From sequence record OP557969.1: a stretch of 64,000 bases of DNA; one strand, written 5' to 3'. The number at the start of each line of letters is the position of its first letter. The stretch's first letter is position 1. Below are positions 63,864 through 64,000 of this stretch, piece after piece. A program made the translations under genes and the position numbers. The notes under the pieces were generated by a model. That model did not search any database and was not told where the DNA came from. It saw nothing but the letters and a program-made list of their open reading frames with translations.

Positions 63864-64000
63864 ATGCAAGAATTCTATATCTATAATCTCCAGCACAAAG
63901 ATAGATACAACTATAATCAATTCCAAAGGTACTACACAGTCGGGAACATCAAAGATAAAAAACGATACCTGTTATCATGTACTGTAGATGCACAAAACAA
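63864..64000 (+). CDS. small protein, terminal tandem array (runs off the window)
   Basis: MQEFYIYNLQHKDRYNY...DAQN, similar to 63479. Confidence 0.65.
   Translation, partial: MQEFYIYNLQHKDRYNYNQFQRYYTVGNIKDKKRYLLSCTVDAQN

Overview
AT-rich (about 30-35% GC by eye), gene-dense segment of a large lytic dsDNA phage. It is most consistent with an enterobacterial jumbo myovirus of the Rak2/121Q/GAP32-like type; this is inferred from the sigma70-type early promoters, T4-type TATAAATA late promoters, denV, a phage sigma factor and a tRNA cluster, and no database search was run. Almost all genes lie on the + strand and are small accessory ORFs. Recognisable genes: a C5-cytosine methyltransferase split by a LAGLIDADG intein, a sigma70-family factor, an HslV-like Ntn hydrolase, four HNH proteins, a DUF262 protein overlapping a small HNH gene and followed by an amino-methyltransferase, denV, an AAA+ ATPase, a T7 gp0.7-like kinase and a minimal kinase. 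Seven tRNAs are present, including an unusual Ser(ACT), plus a non-canonical tRNA-Gly(TCC)-like element and three long structured non-coding RNA candidates. The window is dominated by paralog expansions: about 23 otherwise divergent proteins sharing a C-terminal EExxFQxS[TL][IV] motif, about 12 three-TM membrane proteins, five MTH[EK]EW microproteins, five minus-strand RCC1-like propeller cassettes with a constant N-terminal leader, and a terminal array of about 60-aa proteins. The palindrome AGTACT is strongly over-represented throughout, and several repeated regulatory modules recur. All coordinates, pairings and counts were derived by eye.
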